Part shown: positions 63,204 to 64,000 of the stretch, in pieces
Layout of the letters: each line of letters opens with the position of its first letter
How positions within the stretch are numbered: position 1 is the stretch's first letter
Assembly: GCA_036172245.1 (NCBI GenBank)
Contig: JAYWIR010000058.1
Span: forward strand, 372,001-436,000
DNA from: Raillietiella orientalis
Lineage: Eukaryota
Reading direction: 5' to 3'
Length of the DNA: 64,000 nucleotides
The notes under the pieces: generated by a model
What the model was told of the DNA's origin: nothing
Seen by the model: the letters and a program-made list of their open reading frames with translations, nothing else
Database searches by the model: none
Made by a program: the position numbers and the translations under genes

Positions 63204-63569
63204 CCAGATGGGAAAGATGCTGGAGTCGTAGGTGAAGAAATCCGAAGAGTTGATGTACAGTCTCTTCCTCGTGAGGGGGTCGTACATCATGTTGCTAACG
63301 ACACCGTGGTCCTCCGGGTACCTCCCGGTGACGATAGTGTAATGGTTGGGAAACGTCTTGGGCGGGAAGACGCTCCGGAGGCGGACGACGTGTGAGCCGT
63401 TGCCCATCAGAGACTGGATGTTCGGCAGCTCCGTCCGGTTGACGTAGTCGTGCCGAAAGCCGTCCATGGAGACAACGAGAAGCAGGGGGGACGAACGGGA
63501 GAAGCCCTGGGCATGCGCCGTTTCCGGCAGACCGAGAAGCCCCGGCAAGATGACCAGGATGGCTAACAT
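63204..63569 (-). CDS. ENPP4/5/6-type ectonucleotide pyrophosphatase/phosphodiesterase, coding exon 1 (signal peptide + catalytic Thr motif)
   Basis: ATG at 63569 gives a hydrophobic leader MLAILVILPGLLGLPETAHA, then LLVVSMDGFRHDY (metal-binding Asp) and PPKTFPNHYTIVTGRYPEDHG (NPP catalytic Thr motif). The exon ends ...FPIW at a GT donor (63203-63202), phase 0. Confidence 0.93.
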
Positions 63570-64000
63570 CTCAGTGGGAGCCGAACCGTCTTGATCCCTG
63601 AAACAGCAGCAGATGTGGAGAGCAAGGAAGGATGAGCGAGAAGGACGCCTCTGCACCGACGCTGCAGGACTGCAGGCCACAGTCCCTCTCCATTTTCCCT
63701 TCCCCCCTCGGACACGTCCCCGGGGACCGAAAGGAACGTCGCGAGACCGCGAGCGAGTCAGCGGACGGCACTGACGGCAGGGCAACATGAAGCGCGGTTC
63801 CTTACGGTCGGTCGCGGGAGCGTCCGACCGTAAGGAAGGGGAGACGCTCTTTCTCCGGAAGCCGCGCCAATCGTGCCCGGAGCAGCATCCGCGTACGGCA
63901 CGTTGCTAGGGACTGGCCCAGAAGGTGGAGGTCGTCGCCTGATTTTCGCGCGCACCTAGCCGTACCAGCCGAGGGGCCGGAGGTTTTTCTGCAAAACCGC

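Overview
Eukaryotic (animal, probably arthropod) nuclear DNA that is gene-poor and rich in decayed repeats. The arthropod guess rests on a degenerate (TTAGG)n tract and the 28S/tolloid sequence style. Only one apparently intact gene is visible: a 4-exon ENPP4/5/6-type nucleotide pyrophosphatase/phosphodiesterase on the minus strand (63569-61085, about 442 aa), whose frame needs a probable GC-AG intron. The window also holds an intronless, disabled tolloid/BMP1 copy (55833-58138) fused behind the 5' ~210 nt of 28S rRNA, which itself follows an AATAAA signal plus an A-rich tail. Other clear features are a second, far more decayed 28S fragment (13520-14360, minus), a hAT-Charlie-type MITE with an 8-bp TSD, a near-perfect ~430-bp-arm inverted repeat (50623-52241) and interleaved direct repeats (36.6-39.3 kb). 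A series of heavily decayed retroelement fossils can be read only by stitching motifs across frames: three LINE RTs, a Tx1/L1-like ORF1+endonuclease, a Gypsy integrase+chromodomain, a BEL/Pao pol and a DIRS RNase H-tyrosine recombinase. There is also a possible tyrosine-kinase fossil. Most ORFs in the supplied track are GC-rich chance ORFs. All family calls are by-eye motif recognition and no searches were run. I do not see a clearly new biological system; the best candidates for follow-up are the rRNA-mRNA chimeric retrocopy, the young inverted repeat next to the old DIRS fossil, and the apparent GC-ward decay of dead elements.
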